Shown: positions 28,263 through 36,836, counted from the first letter of the stretch. The stretch is DNA of 64,000 nt from Candidatus Nanoarchaeia archaeon (GCA_041501125.1 JBGQNO010000003.1:2399-66398), one strand, 5' to 3'. Notes: generated from the letters alone by a model not told the origin. A program made the numbers and translations.

Positions 28263-28530
28263 ATAACTTTCTATCCTTGACATTGAAAATGCCAAGCCTT
28301 GCGCCGCAGTCAATCCATCCATAGGCGTAGCTTAAACTGGCTAAACAATTGACATAATCGTTTTTTTCCTTGAAGAACTTTGCGTCTGAGATATAGCATG
28401 AAACCATCTCTATTATTTCCTTTGCTTCTTTGTCCCTGCCTTTGTTGATATTGGCTTTTATTGTTTCAAGGGCTTTTTCCGAGATTTCAAAATAAGATTT
28501 TAGCTTTTGTTCAGTTACCTTGTTTTCCAT
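28252..28530 (-). CDS. DUF357-family archaeal protein
   Basis: From Met50 of the track ORF: ..CYISDAKFFKEKNDYVNCLASLSYAYGWIDCGARLGIF matches the DUF357 pattern. The longer track start (28677) would overlap the next gene. Confidence 0.5.
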   Translation of the reverse strand: MENKVTEQKLKSYFEISEKALETIKANINKGRDKEAKEIIEMVSCYISDAKFFKEKNDYVNCLASLSYAYGWIDCGARLGIFNVKDRKLFTV

Positions 28531-28581
28531 GTTTAGAGGAGAAAACGCGGTATTTAAAAAGTTTCTATCCGTAGTTTTGGG

Positions 28582-29181
28582 ATGAATAAATTCTGGGTGC
28601 TGCTGGCAGTAGTTCTTGGCGCAGTTATTGCAAATGCTGCGCAGCTTCACATGGATTTTGACACCTCGCCGCCGCAAATAGCGTTGCTGTTTCCGAAAGC
28701 AGGATTACTTGAGATTAGTTCAGATACTTCGCAGATTGGATTCAGCTTCAGCATAAAGAATTACACTGCCTTGGCAAACTGCACGCTTTTCCTGAAAAAT
28801 AATGATAATTTTGATGCTGTTGCTAGCAAGTTTGATTTTGAAAATCCAGAGGCATATTCAATGGATGCTGAAGTTAGCCTGGGAAAATATGCATGGAAAG
28901 TCTTGTGCTATGATATTGCAGGACGTTCTGTAGAGTCAGAAGCCAGAGACCTGGAGACGTTTAAGCAAACAACACCTGTTGAAGGAAGTGGCAACAATAT
29001 ATTCCTCGTCATTTCTATTGTGACACTAGTATTCTTGATATTCTATGTGATTTTCACGAGCAAAAGCTTCAAAGTGTATTCAATAGACAGAAAGAAAGAT
29101 GATGCCAGAGAAAGACTGCGGGAAAAACTTAGCCAGCTTGAAGCTAAGCAAAATGAGGATAAATCACTTTCTGAATTATAA
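28582..29181 (+). CDS. Small surface protein (signal peptide, one Ig-like module, C-terminal TM)
   Basis: MNKFWVLLAVVLGAVIANA signal; D-T-S-P-P-Q-I-A-L-L-F-P module start and YAWKVLCYDIAGRSVESE module end as in the large surface proteins; TM IFLVISIVTLVFLIFYVIF. Confidence 0.45.
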   Translation: MNKFWVLLAVVLGAVIANAAQLHMDFDTSPPQIALLFPKAGLLEISSDTSQIGFSFSIKNYTALANCTLFLKNNDNFDAVASKFDFENPEAYSMDAEVSLGKYAWKVLCYDIAGRSVESEARDLETFKQTTPVEGSGNNIFLVISIVTLVFLIFYVIFTSKSFKVYSIDRKKDDARERLREKLSQLEAKQNEDKSLSEL

Positions 29182-29716
29182 AATTCTCAACCTTGTTATT
29201 CATGACGGTCGCAGATAACATGAATTTATCTATCCAGGCCCGCATCAACCCATTTATCATCGGAACCTTTGCTTTTTTGGCGAATTGCTCGACTATTTTC
29301 TGCATTTCTTCTCCAGAAAGTGCAATTGGATAGGGCTTTCTCAAATTGAATGTTCTTATTATCACATTCTTGTCAGGTCCTGAGCATTCAATAACATTTA
29401 TTGAAGGATTAAGAATAATTGGTGCGAGCTTGCCAAAATTAATTCCAGCTACTTCGCTTGAAATCTGCGCGCCTGGCATTTTTTCCATAGCCACTGGCCT
29501 GGTTGGAATCTGAGCTCCTCTCAGCGGAAGGAATTCTGGTGGCAGACCTGCAGACGGACCGTGAATTATTGAAGGTTCAAAACCTGAAGTTCCGCCAGTT
29601 TCTTCAACCATTTTTTTAGGCGCAAATTTCAGCCTAAGCCTTTGCTTCAAGCCTGGAACTGAATTAAGAATTAATTCTTTTGTGAATACTTTTAGAATAA
29701 CTGATTTGCTGGGCAT
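29144..29716 (-). CDS. Orphan N-terminal domain of a FlaI/PilB/VirB11-type secretion ATPase (no ATPase core)
   Basis: LAPIILNPSINVIECSGPDKNVIIRT..ALSGEEMQKIVEQFAKKAKVPMING..LSATVMNNKVENFIIQK parallels the region of T2SS-E-family ATPases just before Walker A. The ORF stops there and no ATPase-core ORF follows. Confidence 0.45.
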   Translation of the reverse strand: MPSKSVILKVFTKELILNSVPGLKQRLRLKFAPKKMVEETGGTSGFEPSIIHGPSAGLPPEFLPLRGAQIPTRPVAMEKMPGAQISSEVAGINFGKLAPIILNPSINVIECSGPDKNVIIRTFNLRKPYPIALSGEEMQKIVEQFAKKAKVPMINGLMRAWIDKFMLSATVMNNKVENFIIQKVIYPHFA

Positions 29717-29717
29717 C

Positions 29718-30197
29718 TTAAACCTGCGGCAAAGGCCGCGGCTTTCTCTCTGGAGCGAAAGAACTTTGAGTGTATTCTTCAGGCACTGGCATCATTCCAG
29801 CTGGCTGAGCTGGCTGTGGCATTGTTCTCTGAGGCATTGCAGGCATTGGTCTTTGCTGCGGGGCATATTGCATCTGGATAGGCTGCATAGGTGCAGGTTG
29901 TCTTGTTCGTTCCTCAATTATTGATATTGCCTTGGCAATGACTTTGTTTTGGTCAAGAAGGGCATTTAATTTGTTAGTAAAGTCTTTTTCAAATCCAAGC
30001 TCTGGCTTTTCTGCTATGTTCTTTGCAGATATTTCAAACAATCGCAGAAGTGCTGAAATCTGTCCAGCAAGATTGTCGAATCTTTGTGTCAATTGCGCAA
30101 ACGATCTCTGCAGATTAACGAAATTCTCAGTAAGAAGCGAAATCACAAGTTTATTGGCATCTTGTTTAGCGGTCATATCACCTTTCTTTTTTGGCAT
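29718..30197 (-). CDS. Coiled-coil protein with Pro/Gln/Met-rich C-terminus
   Basis: Heptad-like N-terminal half, C-terminal QPAPMQPIQMQYAPQQRPMPAMPQRTMPQPAQPAGMMP; 1-nt spacer to the downstream gene. Confidence 0.4.
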   Translation of the reverse strand: MPKKKGDMTAKQDANKLVISLLTENFVNLQRSFAQLTQRFDNLAGQISALLRLFEISAKNIAEKPELGFEKDFTNKLNALLDQNKVIAKAISIIEERTRQPAPMQPIQMQYAPQQRPMPAMPQRTMPQPAQPAGMMPVPEEYTQSSFAPERKPRPLPQV

Positions 30198-30248
30198 GTT
30201 TTAACAAGTGAAAATGAATTTATAAAGTTTTTTAACTTCAACCTTTTG

Positions 30249-32288
30249 TTATATTGAATCTACTTTTTCTGCTGATTTTGAAGTTATCCAGGATACTCCT
30301 TCTTTTCCGCCTGTCTTGGCAGGCTCGGGCTTCAAAGACTTTGTACGTATCCTACTGACTACAAAATATGAAGCTACTCCAAGGATTGCGATGAGTGTTG
30401 CTGCTGTTGATGCTGGATGCGCTGTAATAAAGCCGGTTATGCCTGTGCCTCCTTGTGGCTGGGTTACAGGCTGTTCAGGTGCTTGCTGTATTTGAGTAGT
30501 ATTCACAGATTTCTGCTCTATGCATGATTGTTTCTCTGCTGGCTTGTCAGTATAGGTATTGCAGAATAGTTTTACCTTTGTGCATGTTCTAATTTGTACA
30601 TTTCCAAAGCATGTGCTCCATGCAGTGCAGGTCCAGTTTGTTTTGCATGAACTGCTACCGCCTGACACTCCATAACTAGGAAGAAGTGTTTCACGTGTTT
30701 CATAAGTCGAGAAACTGGTGACATTAAACATGTATGAGACATTAGCTACGTAGCTGCCGAGGAGCTCGGTGCAGATATCAGAACTACATATTTCGCTGTC
30801 TCTTAATATCTGTGGAGAATTCCATGATATATTGTAGAGTGTTATATTTGCTTTTTTGTCTTTGAACTCATAGGCTCCTATTGTAGTTGTATCCACCTTT
30901 GCTTTGTTAAATTCAAGAGTAATGTAATCTGACCACTTTGCCCCTCGTGACATATCAATTGGGTCTGTCCAGTAAATACTGCCGTTTCCATTTCTAATCC
31001 AAAAATAAACACTTGAAATGTCTGTTTCATTTGTCAGGTTTGTGTATTCTGTTCCATTTGGAAATGTCAGGTCAGAAAGGACTGTGAATGTGTTTGACTC
31101 AGGTGCTGTGTTACTGTTACCTACCGAATCTATGCATTGAATGTTCCATGTATACTGATTACCTGAAGGAAGAGACAAGGTATCTCCATTACTGAAATTA
31201 GTTTGATATATATTTCCGTTAAGTATCAAGTCACAGGTATATGGGTTTGCTTCATTAACATTAAAGTTGAATGTAATGTTCTGGTCAAATGCAAATGGCT
31301 GATTATCGTAAGGAGATATTAATGTAACCACTGGGGCTGTTGTGTCAAGCATGATTGTCCTTGTTTCAGTTTGGTTCATATGTCCTATAGCATCATTAAC
31401 TGTCGCATTAAGATAATATGTTCCATCACCAAGGCCTGTGAAATTTCGGAATAATGGTGAGATTGTGCCTGATTGAGAAGCGACAAGGCCTGTTGAATCA
31501 TACAAATTGATTATTATATTCTGTAAGTTAGTATCGCTTGCAGTAACAGTTGCCCATATTGAATTCTGTGAATAGTTTCCTGATGCTGTTGTTGGCTCGG
31601 TAAATTCAATTAAAGGAGTAATGCTGTCAACCCAGAATGTAACTGTATCACAGGTTTCGTGACCAACAATATCTTTTGCACAAATTGTCCAGTTGTTATT
31701 GCCTTCATGATTCTCAAACACAAACGTTTGAGGTACTCCATTTACACATGGGATGGAGTAATCATTTATTGAACCATTTGTAAACCAGCATGATTGAAGG
31801 TTTGTTTCTATTATCACATAATCAATCTGGGTTACAGGAATTCCGTTGTTTGAATTATCTGCAGGAGAAGTTATACTGATTTGTGGAGGAAGAGTGTCGA
31901 TTAAAAATTGAGAGTTTCCCATTAAATTATTGCCTGCAGGACCATCACTATCATTATAATTTGCATATAACTTTAATGAATAATTTCCATCAAGCAATTC
32001 AGATAACAAAAGAACGTTGTAATTTATACAATTCATGTTATTTGCTTCAACTAATACAGAATTCCTTTTTATCGTATAAGAACAATTATTAAACACTACT
32101 CCTGCACCACTTCCAGATACAAGTTCCCATTCAAAGTTTGTTATTTTGCTTTCATTCATAGATGAATCATGCGGAAAAATTATGTTAGCTGATGGTGCAG
32201 AACTCATAACACTCATATCCGGACCTTTGGCATATGCGAAAGTTACAAATGCTAATAATATCACCAAACACAAAAAGTATTTTCTCAT
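30249..32288 (-). CDS. Large secreted surface protein (Ig-like repeats, Cys-rich module, C-terminal TM anchor)
   Basis: Signal MRKYFLCLVILLAFVTFAYA; repeated DTLPPQISITSP / DSITPLIEFTEP / DTTAPVVTLISP module starts; CKTNWTCTAWSTCFGNVQIRTC module; TM AATLIAILGVASYFVV; many N-x-S/T sequons. Confidence 0.6.
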   Translation of the reverse strand: MRKYFLCLVILLAFVTFAYAKGPDMSVMSSAPSANIIFPHDSSMNESKITNFEWELVSGSGAGVVFNNCSYTIKRNSVLVEANNMNCINYNVLLLSELLDGNYSLKLYANYNDSDGPAGNNLMGNSQFLIDTLPPQISITSPADNSNNGIPVTQIDYVIIETNLQSCWFTNGSINDYSIPCVNGVPQTFVFENHEGNNNWTICAKDIVGHETCDTVTFWVDSITPLIEFTEPTTASGNYSQNSIWATVTASDTNLQNIIINLYDSTGLVASQSGTISPLFRNFTGLGDGTYYLNATVNDAIGHMNQTETRTIMLDTTAPVVTLISPYDNQPFAFDQNITFNFNVNEANPYTCDLILNGNIYQTNFSNGDTLSLPSGNQYTWNIQCIDSVGNSNTAPESNTFTVLSDLTFPNGTEYTNLTNETDISSVYFWIRNGNGSIYWTDPIDMSRGAKWSDYITLEFNKAKVDTTTIGAYEFKDKKANITLYNISWNSPQILRDSEICSSDICTELLGSYVANVSYMFNVTSFSTYETRETLLPSYGVSGGSSSCKTNWTCTAWSTCFGNVQIRTCTKVKLFCNTYTDKPAEKQSCIEQKSVNTTQIQQAPEQPVTQPQGGTGITGFITAHPASTAATLIAILGVASYFVVSRIRTKSLKPEPAKTGGKEGVSWITSKSAEKVDSI

Positions 32289-32399
32289 TATCCCTCTCTT
32301 TTATAGTATTATTACGCCTTTTTATCTTTATAAAGATTTTTCTTGTTGAGGAAATATGCGTTTTCTGACATAAAATCTTATAAACTTTGTATACAAAGA

Positions 32400-33176
32400 A
32401 TGTTGATGCCACTTGATGATTTCATTATTCCGACTATTACTGAACTTAACCATCCGATTGCGAAAGCTTTCAAAAAGGCAGCAAGTCTTGCAAAAATAAA
32501 ATCTTATGAACTTGAATCTGCACTCGGGGCTCATTTACGCCAGAAAAGTCCGACATTTTCTGCTGTTGAGAAGTATAATGTGCAAATAATAAGATGCTAT
32601 AGCAGAGGGTATTCTTTAACATCTGCTCAGGATACACTAGCCTATATGCTTCCCAGCCATGAACTTAAAATTGATTCTTTAGTAAGCGAGAATAAAAAAT
32701 TAGTTAAAAAATTCAGAGGATTATTTGACCAGGCACTTTTACAGACAGCTGTAATGGATACTTATAAGGAAGAGCCACATTTTGTTTTTATTGAGGTTAT
32801 GCAAGATGCGACTGATTTTGGAGAAGAGCCACTTTTCAGAAGACTTACAAAAGAAGAACGTGATGAGATAATTACATACCGAAATGCGATGTTTACCAAA
32901 GACATGCCCAATATAGACGGATTAAGATACACTGCGACACGTCTTAAGGGCGATTCTGGATTTCAAAATAAACTTTTTGTCTCGACATTCTGCAGGAATT
33001 ATGATGAACTTGAAGCAATGCTGGAAATGAGAAGCGAATTTTGTCCGGATGATTTCTTAAAAACGTCCGCACTTTTGGACACTCTGGATATAATGCGAAA
33101 TATCTACTGCAATTGTTCAGGAATAGGAAGAAAAGGAAGAAACGTCAGGGAAGATGATGATTCTGCGGTTTGTTGA
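32400..33176 (+). CDS. Hypothetical protein
   Basis: Track ORF starts at TTG 32343; first ATG at 32400. No family recognised. Confidence 0.35.
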   Translation: MLMPLDDFIIPTITELNHPIAKAFKKAASLAKIKSYELESALGAHLRQKSPTFSAVEKYNVQIIRCYSRGYSLTSAQDTLAYMLPSHELKIDSLVSENKKLVKKFRGLFDQALLQTAVMDTYKEEPHFVFIEVMQDATDFGEEPLFRRLTKEERDEIITYRNAMFTKDMPNIDGLRYTATRLKGDSGFQNKLFVSTFCRNYDELEAMLEMRSEFCPDDFLKTSALLDTLDIMRNIYCNCSGIGRKGRNVREDDDSAVC

Positions 33177-33312
33177 ACTCGCTGCGGAGATTCTTGCTTA
33201 CTAACTTCGATTCACCTTTGCTGCGAAGCTCCTCATTGATACTGCGGGCAACTAATTCTGACTTGCTCTTGTTGCGGATGCCTGATGACATTCCTCACTG
33301 CGGCAAGCAGAA

Positions 33313-33385
33313 TGGACCCACGAGGTACTCATAGAATGAGTTCTCTGGTAACTTGTATTCTTGCGAATCCAAGTGATCGAACCTC
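33313..33385 (-). repeat. Interrupted duplicate of tRNA-Val 3' portion (T-arm 5' strand plus T-loop, 49-nt insert, T-arm 3' strand plus acceptor)
   Basis: GATCGAACCTC at 33375-33385 repeats 33420-33430. TGGACCCACGAGG at 33313-33325 repeats 33407-33419. Both are in the same orientation as the intact gene. Confidence 0.65.
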
Positions 33386-33406
33386 TTTCTCGGTTCGATT
33401 CAGAAG

Positions 33407-33479
33407 TGGACCCACGAGGGATCGAACCTCGGATCTTCTCCGTGTAAGGGAGACGTCTTAACCGCTGGACTATGGGTCC
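33407..33479 (-). tRNA. tRNA-Val (anticodon UAC)
   Basis: Reverse complement GGACCCATAGTCCAGCGGTTAAGACGTCTCCCTTACACGGAGAAGATCCGAGGTTCGATCCCTCGTGGGTCCA folds as a cloverleaf; anticodon loop CT-TAC-AC. Confidence 0.9.
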
Positions 33480-33500
33480 TGATATAGGCAGAAAAATGTG

Positions 33501-33509
33501 TTATTTAAG
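33501..33509 (-). promoter_or_regulatory. TATA-like box for tRNA-Val
   Basis: Minus strand reads CTTAAATAA, 22-30 nt upstream of the tRNA 5' end. Confidence 0.4.
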
Positions 33510-33520
33510 TTTTATTGCTC

Positions 33521-34456
33521 TTACTCCAAAGGACAAGAACCTTTTGTTATATACTCGTAAGCATTGTATGCTGCTATGGTGCCTTCTGCCACGCCAACAA
33601 TTGCCTGTTTGAATGTGCTGTTGGTTACATCGCCTGCTGCATAAACTCCGGGTACATTTGTTTTTGCAGTCTTGTCTGTTATAATTTCTTGTTCTTTGTT
33701 CAGCTTGACTCCAAGTTGTTTCGCAAGATGACTCAAAGGCAGACGTCCTATTGCAATAAATATTCCATTAAGATTTAATTCCTTTTTGCCTTTATACGGC
33801 CTGTCAAGGATGACTGTCTTAAGAATAGTTTTACCTTTTAATGCTCTGATATTTGTTCTGTTGATAATTTCTATCTTTCCTTTAGCAATTTTGTCTTCAA
33901 CTTTTTTCATACAGGCGTGCTCTGGATGAATTTTCTCGCCACGATAAATGATGAAAACTTTCTTGGCATATTGTGTCAGCAACAAGGCTTCTTTTGCTGC
34001 AGTATCGCTGCCGCCTACAACTGCAACAATCTTGTTCTTGAATAATGGACCGTCGCATATTGCGCAGTAGCTTATTCCCTTGCCTTCAAACTTTTTAGAA
34101 TCCGGAATATTAAGTTTTCTCCACTTCGAGCCTGTTGCGAAAATTACTGTTGTTGCAAGATACTGGTTGTTTTTTGTTTTGATAACAAACAATTTATCAT
34201 TCCTTCCCACGCTTGCAACTTCCTGGTTTATCAATTCTGGCTTGTAGCAAAGAGCATGCTCTCTGATTTTGTCTGCTATCTCCTGTCCGCTAACGCATTC
34301 AAAACCAGGATAATTTTCAACAATATCAGTCTTGGTTATTGCACCTCCTGATTCAGTATAAAAAACAGCTGTTTTCAGGCCCAGGCGCCTTGAGTATATT
34401 GCTGCTCCTAAGCCTGCAACGCCACCGCCAATTATTGCAACATCAAACTGTTTCAT
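33521..34456 (-). CDS. trxB: Thioredoxin reductase
   Basis: From MKQFDVAIIGGGVAGLGAA (FAD GxGxxG), redox-active CAICDG, second Rossmann VVGGSDTAAKEA, GVYAAGDV. Track start 34513 is probably too long. Confidence 0.85.
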   Translation of the reverse strand: MKQFDVAIIGGGVAGLGAAIYSRRLGLKTAVFYTESGGAITKTDIVENYPGFECVSGQEIADKIREHALCYKPELINQEVASVGRNDKLFVIKTKNNQYLATTVIFATGSKWRKLNIPDSKKFEGKGISYCAICDGPLFKNKIVAVVGGSDTAAKEALLLTQYAKKVFIIYRGEKIHPEHACMKKVEDKIAKGKIEIINRTNIRALKGKTILKTVILDRPYKGKKELNLNGIFIAIGRLPLSHLAKQLGVKLNKEQEIITDKTAKTNVPGVYAAGDVTNSTFKQAIVGVAEGTIAAYNAYEYITKGSCPLE

Positions 34457-34502
34457 CTTGCCTCTTTTTTCTGTAATGATTAGTAATAGCGTATATTTAA
34501 AA

Positions 34503-34883
34503 TTAACCGACAATCTCGAGTTTCTTGCGCTTCGTGATAATAAGGGTTTTGAATTTGCCCTCCAGCATGCTTTTCAACTGCCTGTCAAGTGTTGCTATTA
34601 TCAGCTCTCCTGGCTCTTTCACCCTGAGCAGGCCTGCATCAACAAACTTCTTCTCAAGCTCAATTATCCTGAATTTTGACTTGTTATGCTCGATGATTGC
34701 CAAGGATAATTTTGCAAGTTCGCGCTCAGCAACTCTCTTTTTTCTGTCAACAGATATTTTTTCTATCTCTTTGATTACTTGTTCTGGCAAAAGCAACTGA
34801 TAGCCTTCCAGCTCTGAAATAAAGTCTATTTTTTCCTTCACACATGTAAGTATGAAATTCGTGTCAAAGATTATCTTTTCCAT
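34503..34883 (-). CDS. PIN-domain protein (Fcf1/Utp24-like)
   Basis: MEKIIFDTNFIL (first acidic residue), VIKEIEK, VDAGLL, IIATLDRQLK pattern as in Fcf1-type PIN domains. Confidence 0.6.
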   Translation of the reverse strand: MEKIIFDTNFILTCVKEKIDFISELEGYQLLLPEQVIKEIEKISVDRKKRVAERELAKLSLAIIEHNKSKFRIIELEKKFVDAGLLRVKEPGELIIATLDRQLKSMLEGKFKTLIITKRKKLEIVG

Positions 34884-34933
34884 GCATTATTGAGTCCGCA
34901 AACTTTTAAATATTCTTCTAACCATTTTAAAGT

Positions 34934-35491
34934 ATGGAAAGAGGGCATATTCTTGAATTGTTAAAAGAGGCAAAGCAGGCTTTCAAGGACAAGGATGTCA
35001 TTAAGCTGAAAGACTTGAGCAACGAGACAATTCATTCAGCTTCTGTAGAGCAGGACGAAATAAGCATAGCACTGGCAGTTGTTATATATTCTTTAAGCAA
35101 GATTATGGAGAGAACTAATTATCAGGAATATCCTTCATGGAGCAAGTTTCTCAGAAAATCAGAAATGTACCTTGAAGATGCAATAGAGTATCTTGACAGG
35201 AACAAAGAGAAGCAATTCAAGAAGAGCATACTAAATATCGAGAAATTAATTAATCAATTGACTGGAAATTTTAAGACACATGTCCAGCAGGTTTTTGAAA
35301 GGGCAAGGATAAACAAGGCATCAAGGATATATGAGCATGGAATCAGCATGGAGAAAACTGCAAGGCTTCTTGGCATCACAATTTTTGACCTTGCAGAGTA
35401 TGCAGGAAAAACAGGCATTTCTGACATCAACCTGAGCAAGACACTTCCTGTTGACGAGAGAATCCAGTATGCAATGGAGATGTTCAAATGA
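34934..35491 (+). CDS. Helical protein with C-terminal UPF0175-like HTH (antitoxin-like)
   Basis: C-terminal RIYEHGISMEKTARLLGITIFDLAEYAGKTGISD resembles UPF0175 antitoxin-type HTH; 4-nt ATGA overlap with the next gene. Confidence 0.4.
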   Translation: MERGHILELLKEAKQAFKDKDVIKLKDLSNETIHSASVEQDEISIALAVVIYSLSKIMERTNYQEYPSWSKFLRKSEMYLEDAIEYLDRNKEKQFKKSILNIEKLINQLTGNFKTHVQQVFERARINKASRIYEHGISMEKTARLLGITIFDLAEYAGKTGISDINLSKTLPVDERIQYAMEMFK

Positions 35492-36156
35492 AAGCGATTG
35501 TGTTTGATTCTGGAACAATAATCAACTTTGCCATTAATGGCATGACAGAGATTCTTCGGGAATTAAAAGAGAAATTTGACGGCAAGTTTTTCATAACAGA
35601 AGATGTAAAATATGAAATCATGGACAGGCCCCTGAAGATAAAAAGATTTGAGCTTGAGTCAATGATGATACGCAAGCTGTTTGATGACAAGGTGATTGAA
35701 CTTCCAAATAGCGTTGTTGACAAGAAACAGCTGGAAGAAAAAACAAATGAATTGAATGACAAGCTAAACCATACTTTTTTTGCACGAGGTGAATTTGTGA
35801 AGATTATGGACAAGGGAGAGTTAAGTGCCATGGCTTTGTGCCTGCTGCTTGATGAAAAGGGCATCAAGAATGTTCTGGCTGTTGATGAAAGAACTACAAG
35901 AGTGTTGTGCGAGATGCCCCAGAACCTTCAAAAGATTTTACAAGACAAGCTCCATACAAAAGTAGAGACCAAGCGCGAGAATCTTTCTCTGACAAATATA
36001 AAAGTTATACGTTCATCTGAACTGATGTATGTTGCTTATAAAAAAGGACTGGTAAAACTGAAGGATGGCAATGTGCTCGAGGCTTTGCTGTATGCTGTCA
36101 AGTTTCACGGATGCTCAATTTCGTTTGATGAGATAGACCAGATGAAAAATTTATAA
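35488..36156 (+). CDS. PIN-like nuclease-fold protein (DUF3368-like) with C-terminal extension
   Basis: KAIVFDSGTIINFAINGMTEILRELKEKFDGKFFITEDVKYEI and DKGELSAMALCLLLDEKGIKNVLAVDERTTRVL fit PIN acidic-residue spacing. Confidence 0.45.
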   Translation: MKAIVFDSGTIINFAINGMTEILRELKEKFDGKFFITEDVKYEIMDRPLKIKRFELESMMIRKLFDDKVIELPNSVVDKKQLEEKTNELNDKLNHTFFARGEFVKIMDKGELSAMALCLLLDEKGIKNVLAVDERTTRVLCEMPQNLQKILQDKLHTKVETKRENLSLTNIKVIRSSELMYVAYKKGLVKLKDGNVLEALLYAVKFHGCSISFDEIDQMKNL

Positions 36157-36157
36157 C

Positions 36158-36655
36158 ATGAAAATTCTTATTATCGGTTCATGGAAAAAAGAAGAATGCA
36201 AAGTTTGTAATAATGAAGCAAAGCAAGTCGGACAAATTCTAGCAGAGAAAGGGCATGTTTTGATATCGGGTGCTGGTACAGGCATGTCAGAAATTGTTGT
36301 TAATTCATACAAACAAAACAAAGGCAAAAAATATATTGCTTATTTGCCATCAAAGAAAGAAAGGGAGAAGGCTGGAGAAAAACTAGGACCACAACCAGAT
36401 GAGATCATTGAGACAAATGTTGATTATCCTGAAAAAAATATTATCATGGTTAAGAGCTGTGATGCTGTAATTGCCTTGCATGGCGGGCTTGGTACATTAA
36501 CAGAGATAATTCATGCAGTTAAAGACTATAATAAGAAAGTTTCTGTTATAGACAAAGGCAGGTTGCCTGAGATAATCAGGCTAATTCCGGAATTAAAGAA
36601 AAAAGTTTTCTTGACATCAGATGTAAATAAGGCAATTGAATATCTTGAGAAATAA
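36158..36655 (+). CDS. TIGR00725/LOG-like (SLOG superfamily) Rossmann protein
   Basis: ISGAGTGMSE and ALHGGLGTLTEI correspond to the GGGxGxM and PGGxGTxxE motifs of LOG-like proteins. Confidence 0.7.
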   Translation: MKILIIGSWKKEECKVCNNEAKQVGQILAEKGHVLISGAGTGMSEIVVNSYKQNKGKKYIAYLPSKKEREKAGEKLGPQPDEIIETNVDYPEKNIIMVKSCDAVIALHGGLGTLTEIIHAVKDYNKKVSVIDKGRLPEIIRLIPELKKKVFLTSDVNKAIEYLEK

Positions 36656-36658
36656 AGG

Positions 36659-36666
36659 TTTAAAAA
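36659..36666 (+). promoter_or_regulatory. TATA box TTTAAAAA for tRNA-Trp
   Basis: Centred about 28 nt upstream of the tRNA 5' end; the same octamer precedes tRNA-Gly and tRNA-Glu. Confidence 0.5.
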
Positions 36667-36690
36667 CAAAATCTCTTTCGTTTTATCATG

Positions 36691-36761
36691 GGGGGCGTAG
36701 TTCAATGGCAAAATGGACGGCTCCAGACCGTCAGTTAAGGGTTCGATCCCCTTCGTCCCCA
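36691..36761 (+). tRNA. tRNA-Trp (anticodon CCA), no intron
   Basis: GGGGGCGTAGTTCAATGGCAAAATGGACGGCTCCAGACCGTCAGTTAAGGGTTCGATCCCCTTCGTCCCCA; anticodon loop CT-CCA-GA. Confidence 0.9.
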
Positions 36762-36836
36762 CTTCACTTTATTTTAATGTCATTAAAGAATAGTTACAAA
36801 GACAAGGTTTAAATAAACATACTTCTGTCCTGTTTT

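Noticed and set aside
28531-28677. Long N-terminal extension of the DUF357 track ORF. Similar extensions occur at 23220-23291, 34457-34513 and 56302-56337.
   Set aside because: The extensions overlap neighbouring genes or start at non-ATG codons. The conserved domains begin at the internal Met codons used here.
33313-33385. tRNA-Val 3' fragment as a functional split-tRNA half
   Set aside because: It covers only about 24 nt of tRNA sequence interrupted in the T-arm. I saw no matching 5' half or complementary leader, and an intact tRNA-Val sits next to it.
35484-35867. 127-aa Ser-rich minus-strand ORF
   Set aside because: It is antisense to the PIN-like gene and is low-complexity.
36526-36762. 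78-aa minus-strand ORF
   Set aside because: It is antisense to the TIGR00725 gene end and covers tRNA-Trp.
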